Of a DNA stretch of 38,770 bases, positions 34,030-38,770 are shown piece after piece. Numbering within the stretch: position 1 is the first letter of the stretch; the number at the start of each line of letters is the position of its first letter. Location: positions 23,024,258 through 23,063,027 of the forward strand of contig NC_068990.1 of NCBI RefSeq assembly GCF_001194135.2. The letters are read 5' to 3'. The notes beneath the pieces are model-generated. The model made no database searches. It was not told where the DNA came from and saw only the letters and a program-made list of their open reading frames with translations. Source of the stretch: Octopus bimaculoides. Its lineage: Eukaryota. Position numbers and translations under genes: made by a program.

Positions 34030-34228
34030 GGGACAAACAAGGATAGACAAAGGTATTAAGTTGATTGCATCGACTCCAGTGCGTAACTGGTACTTAATTT
34101 ATCAACCCCGAAAGGATGAAAGGCAAAGTTGACCTCAGCAGAATTTGAACTCAGAACGTAGCAGCAGACGAAATACCGCTAAGCATTTCACCTGGTGTGC
34201 AAACGTTTCTGCCAGCTCAACACCTTAT
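34030..34228 (-). mobile_element. SINE family B copy, little decayed
   Basis: ctggtacttaatttatcaaccccgaaaggatgaaaggcaaagttgacctcagcagaatttgaactcagaacgtagcagcagacgaaataccgctaagcattt. Partial copies also at about 18960-19075, 28190-28263 and 36060-36180. Confidence 0.85.
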
Positions 34229-34421
34229 AATAATATTCAATAATAATAATATTGTCTCTGTCATTAATGTGTAGGTGTGTGGCCGAGTAGTTAGGGTTTG
34301 TACTCGCAATCACCAGATCATGGGTTTGATTCCCAGACAGGGCAGTATCTTGTGTTCTTGAGCAAAACATTGCTCTAGTGCTTTGTGAGGCCTGGCATGT
34401 CAAAAAATATACCCGTTTCCC

Positions 34422-34785
34422 CTCATCATCATCATTTAGCATCTGCTTTCCATGTTGGCACAGGTTGGAGTCTGACATGGAGCTGGGTAGCAGGGAATTG
34501 TCCAGATTTCAACTGTCTGTTGTGACATGGTTTCTATGGCCGAATGCCCTTCCTAATGCCAACCACCTAAAAGTGTGCTGGTTGCTTTTATATATGCCAC
34601 CAGCATGGGTGCATTTACGCAGCATCAGCACGGGTGCTTTATAAGTGGCACCGGCACCTGGAAGGACACACCTGTATTTGTGGAAGTCAGCGATTTTACT
34701 TAGCCTGATGCATCTTATCGAGTACAGCAAATCGCCACATCTCCCCAGACCCTTGTCGTTTCCTCTGTAAGGTCCAGCATCCAAG
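34422..34785 (-). mobile_element. RTE LINE 3' end and UTR, sister copy of 9504-9860
   Basis: Shares gcgattttacttagc..atg..tcttatcgagtacagcaaat.gccacatct with 9773-9825, and has the (GAT)n tail. Confidence 0.85.
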
Positions 34786-35209
34786 ATAACTAAAAGCAGT
34801 TTAGTAGAATATGCACTCTGACCTAGTAAAACCCTCACCACCACCACCAACTACCCAAGCTGACCCATAGGTTGGAGAGTTGTCCCCCCTGAGTGGTGCA
34901 AAGGTGTTATCTGCCAGTTGGGAATCACCAACAAATGGTAGATGCAGCAACATACTGTTACAGCGTAAGTCCTATACTACTACTACTGCAACAACTACTA
35001 CTACTACTATGACTAATATCCGACATATATGAGTGAATTTGTATTTCCTTCGTCTTCACATGTAACATCACAGAAACTGTAGAATTGTTTGTTCAGGACA
35101 TACGTAAAGAATGCAATAACAATGGCTGCAACAGCTCTGATCATAGAGCCTGCTCAATCAGAGCAGGCCTGGTGTTAAACAACAACAAATATTTACAAAA
35201 GTAAACAAC

Positions 35210-35535
35210 AAGGTATGTGGCTTAGTGGTTTGGGTATTTGGCCCACAATTGGAAGGTTGTGAGTTTGGTTCGTTGTGAGTGGTGCATTGCGCCCTTCAGC
35301 AAGACACTTTATTTCACATTGTTCCAATCCGCTCCACTGGCAGCAATGAATTGTACCTGTAGTTCAAAGGGCCAGCCTCGTCACATTCTGTGTCACACTG
35401 AAACTCCCTGAGCACTACATTAAAGTTTTGCGTGATCGTGGAATACTCAGCCACTTGCATGTTAATTTCACAAGTAGGCTGTTCTGGTGATTGAATCAAC
35501 TGAAACCCTTATTGTTGTAAGCAACTGACTGCCAG
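35210..35535 (+). mobile_element. tRNA + CORE-like SINE family C (tail resembles Octopus OR2 SINE, from recall)
   Basis: A box tggcttagtgg; cagcaagacactttatttcacattg; tail aaagggccagcctcgtcacattctgtgtcac...cagccacttgcatgttaatttcac...gctgttc. A reverse copy of the same tail lies at about 11350-11640. Confidence 0.75.
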
Positions 35536-35659
35536 TTATCGTTAAACAATAATACTGAAGACTACAAAGAATGTTTTTCTAACAGTTGACATTTAGTTCC
35601 AAAATTCTGTGTTTAAAACAATTTTGGTATTTTTTTTTTTTAAATATCATTTAAAAAGA

Positions 35660-35987
35660 AGACCCATTTAATCATGAATGACCATGGGATTGCACCTAGA
35701 AAGTTCCCCTCTGAAGTACAAGTCCAAGGTTGTTTATGGAAGACCAAGTCGCCTATGTATACCAGCCTCTCTCCTCTGTGCCTCTGATGTTATCCAAAGG
35801 AAAGGCAAAGGCTGATGCAGCTTGGCACCAGTGACACTGCAACTCATTTTTACAGCTGAGTGAACTGGAGCAATGTGAAATAAAGTGTCTTGCTCAAGAA
35901 CATAACACACAACCCAGTCCAGAAATCGAACTAACTACCTCATGATTGTGAGCCTGATGCTGTAGCCACTGAGCCATGCGCCTTCAT
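35660..35987 (-). mobile_element. tRNA + CORE-like SINE, family C head with a different tail
   Basis: Reverse complement reads gaaggcgcatggctcagtgg...gttcgatttctggac...ttcttgagcaagacactttatttcacattgctccagttcactcagctg. Related heads at 7540-7715(-), 22714-22860(+) and 34273-34380(+). Confidence 0.8.
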
Positions 35988-36309
35988 TTAATAATAGATA
36001 AATGACTTTCAGGATGAAGAATTCAGAAATAGTTTGTGATTTAGGAACAAGAGCAGTAATTTTAAATCGAGGGTTTAGTCAATGGCACTGACCTCAGCAC
36101 TTGATGGGTCATTTATTTTATTGACCCCAGATGGATGAAAAGCAAAGCTGACCAATGATCTAATGATTCTGCCAGCTTGCTGAATGAAAGAATTCAATAA
36201 GTTCAATTAAAATAACTTAGTAGTATAGATATAAGTATCCCTGCCCGTTACATGGGAGACTGGAGACTGATTCCCCATTGGGGAGGCTAATATTTTATAA
36301 GATTAGGAC

Positions 36310-36695
36310 TGACTGTGTGATAAGAAGTCTACTTCCCAACCACATGGTTCTAGTTTCTGTCCCATTCTATGACACATTGGGCAAGTGTCTTCTAGTATTG
36401 CCTCAGGCCGACCAAAGCTTCGTTAGTGGATTTAGTAGAAGGAAACTGACAGAAGCCTGTCGTATGTGTGTGTGTGTGCGTGATTTGTGTTCCCCACTCC
36501 CACTTGACAACCGGTGGTGTTGTGCTTNNNNNNNNNNNNNNNNNNNNNNNNNNNNNNNNNNNNNNNNNNNNNNNNNNNNNNNNNNNNNNNNNNNNNNNNN
36601 NNNNNNNNNNNNNNNNATTCATTCGACTACAAAACTTTTCAAGGCGGTGCCCCAGCATGGCCGCAGTCTAATGAGTGAAACGAGTAAAAGAAATC
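36310..36695 (+). mobile_element. tRNA/CORE-like SINE family A with internal (TA)n(TG)n microsatellite, near full length, interrupted by a gap
   Basis: Head gtgataagaagtctacttcccaaccacatggttc, CORE-like ttgggcaagtgtcttcta, ccgaccaaagc, ggaaactga, microsatellite, tail ggtgccccagcatggccgcagtc. Confidence 0.85.
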
Positions 36696-37799
36696 TTAAG
36701 TATTTATTAAACGTTCTCCGTTTTTCTCTTCGATATATTATACAACAATCTACGAACGTGTTCCAATATTTTGGTTGAGAATTTTGTCGCTTAAATTTCG
36801 GAAAACAGTTATTAAATTATTGGAAACATTTAACGACGTTTACACGCATTTTTTTTTTTTTTTTTCGTATTTTATGAGAAAAAAAACAAAGGAGAGAGAA
36901 TACAAAACAAGATTTATGTTTTTGGTTCTTAATAATGGTAGACCACCTGCCTACAAAGAATGTCAGTAAGTGCATTCCTTAACAGCCTGTTTTATACGCA
37001 GACAGAGCCACTTTTTTTCCTTTGTAATAGAAGTGGTTGTCTTGGAGATAAAGGGCACTACGAATGGAGCCCTTCGACATTCTTACGGCGCAGCCGACTA
37101 AGAGATCGAGAGGGGAGAGGAGGACGTGATCATCTGAGTATTTGGCAGAATCCGGAAGAATGGAAAGTAAATTTAATTCCCAAGTGGGATCTGATCTCAA
37201 AATGCAAAGAAGCGGACGCTCCAACGGTTTAACCAAAGGACCACTGTAACGAGTGTAGAAAAAGGATTTATTCGTCAGAGAGAGAGAGAGAGAGAGAAAC
37301 GGGAGACGAAGCCATAAATACAGTACTCGGTGATGTAACAATGCTGAACAACGAATGAAACATGATTAAATAAATATAATTTCAGAGAAAAATAACTGTC
37401 GTTGTATTTATATTATTGAAAATATAATTTTGTTTCTTAAAATTCCTGTTAATTTATTTTTGAGTAGTGTCGAATGAAATTTAAAAACGAAAGAGGAGTA
37501 TGGTGATAATATATATAGCAGATCTAAAATACATAGTTGCAAATTAGCCGGTGATATATAGAAACAGAAATTGTGTCCACGTCTGCTAGAGTAAGGTTTG
37601 TTTACGGATTTACCGGGAGACACCGACTACATTGGTTTAGACGGCATTTAGGGGAATTATTCTACAGAAAACTTATGTTTTCTTGAAACGTAATTAAAGA
37701 TTAAAATATGAAAGAAGAGTATGAAGCTATGATATTTTATAATTAAAAGTTAGTTGAATAATTAATGAAGTTTTAAGGTGAAAGTGAAGCGATGTGAAG

Positions 37800-38770
37800 A
37801 AACACTCACCATTCTGGCGGCTGCCATATTGACGGTATGAAAAAATATGTGTGATATTTCCATTGGATAACGAGTGTGAATTAAATACTGAGTTCAAAAT
37901 AAAATGTATCGATGTATATTATCATGAGAAATCGTAATTATAGCTTTCTTTCCAATGAATTAAGTATATTATGAATGATTTAATAATTTTTATTTTACTT
38001 TCTTTTTGTAATAAATAATATTAACAAAACAACTCACGGGAAATTATTTTCTGCTGACTGCTCAGGTGTTTTTTTTTTTAAATAAAAACTCCCGTAAGAC
38101 TTTATATCGTCAGTCATTTGTATTCATTATTGACATTATTGGGTAAAAGAAATTATTGAATATGCTTGATGTATATTTTTTATGTAGTAGTTATCTAAAG
38201 AAAAACTGGGGACCTTGTTACGTATGTTTTAATAGTACAAATAGTGGTCTATAAATTTCTGATCTCAATACTAGTGTTAAGAACTTTAAATGATTTTTTT
38301 TTAATATTAATAATTAAAATTGAAAGCTACCTGCAACAGGATGCACTTTACAAAACTAAATGGACAATAATAATAGAATATAGTAAATAGATAAAATAAA
38401 ACGGCGTTACTTAAATTATACCACAGTTTGGGATAGTGGTGTCTTTCGCAAAATAAAATAAAATTAAAAAAACTTTAATTCACTCCAAAATATAAAGGAA
38501 CATGTACTGAAACAGCTATAATTATCCACCAGATATTTCGGTGAGACGGAAGCGTAAACCCTGACGCCCTCATTTATAAAGAAAAGAAGAAATGGAAGAA
38601 AAGTACAGTTTTGATGGGGGCGGGGAGTTCTGAATGCCTTTCGTCGGCGCCGACTCGGCATTTAATGATTTTCTGGGGTGTATAAAGTAACTGGCAGTAA
38701 AATATATCACAAATGATTTTCCCTCTCTCCAAATGATTGAAATGAAATATTAGAAATCAATAGTAATAAT
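37800..38770. promoter_or_regulatory. Putative UGGT promoter region, possibly bidirectional
   Basis: YY1-like GCCATATT overlapping the ATG; CGGAAG ETS-like site near 38547; TGACG at 38562; GC box GGGGGCGGGG at 38616-38625; 12-bp palindrome GTCGGCGCCGAC at 38643-38654. CpGs are visibly more frequent than in internal introns. Confidence 0.5.
37810..37827 (-). CDS. UGGT1: Putative first coding exon of UGGT, ATG GCA GCC GCC AGA ATG (MAAARM), phase-0 donor
   Basis: Minus strand reads AAT-ATGGCAGCCGCCAGAATG|GTGAGT: good start context, consensus donor, CpG-rich surroundings. The link to the downstream exons is inferred because the next exon is not visible. Confidence 0.55.

Larger units (their letters stand above)
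175..37827 (-). other. UGGT1: UGGT (UDP-glucose:glycoprotein glucosyltransferase) gene, 5' half; continues past the left window edge
   Basis: 18 spliced exons give a continuous frame with motifs recalled from UGGT1/2: LSLRVHSP, INYVYRHY, VYLSGYAVELAIKSTEYKAKDD, PMKVWQLQDLS, ISQNFP, WPNSIQEMLRPTFPGMLRHIAKN, DAGVA, NVLPRINSRIL. The 5' boundary depends on the putative exon 1. The UGGT1 vs UGGT2 label is nominal for an invertebrate. Confidence 0.95.

Noticed and set aside
454-36778. ORFs of 200-320 aa containing X runs (454, 6415-7397, 13422-14178, 27433, 36278)
   Set aside because: They read through N-gaps and flanking repeats and are not evidence of genes.
38464-38661. 65-aa minus-strand ORF MPSRRRRKAF... 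as a gene or UGGT exon
   Set aside because: No recognisable homology, no good donor, and it ends in an AT-rich stop; it is better explained as promoter sequence.

Overview
AT-rich, repeat-dense animal genomic DNA with 7 N-gaps (613-777, 3520-3613, 6432-7222, 13487-14068, 27442-27949, 32104-32236, 36528-36616). The repeat families look like those of Octopus/coleoid cephalopods (inference from recalled SINE sequences, no database search). The window holds the 5' half of one intron-rich minus-strand gene, UDP-glucose:glycoprotein glucosyltransferase (UGGT). I traced 18 consecutive GT-AG exons by hand (26379 down to 175; 2066 nt, about 688 codons). They join with matching phases and no stops and encode the N-terminal thioredoxin-like sensor region. 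The catalytic GT24 domain lies beyond coordinate 1. A probable 18-nt first coding exon (MAAARM) sits at 37810-37827 in a CpG-retaining promoter-like zone. The exon for the signal peptide and mature N-terminus is not visible and is probably in a gap. Almost all ORFs in the supplied track are artefacts of repeats, microsatellites or N-gaps. Introns are filled with tRNA-derived SINEs, RTE-LINE 3' ends, TTAA/piggyBac-like, Tc1-like and hAT-like MITEs, Helentron-like remnants and microsatellites. I found no convincing novel multi-gene system. The best leads are a 17x30-bp minisatellite born inside a SINE head, a decayed Penelope-type hammerhead ribozyme motif, several inverted repeat pairs and hairpins that could be ADAR or back-splicing substrates, a recurrent MITE tandem junction, and a Gly-to-Ala change in the conserved SGYGVEL motif.
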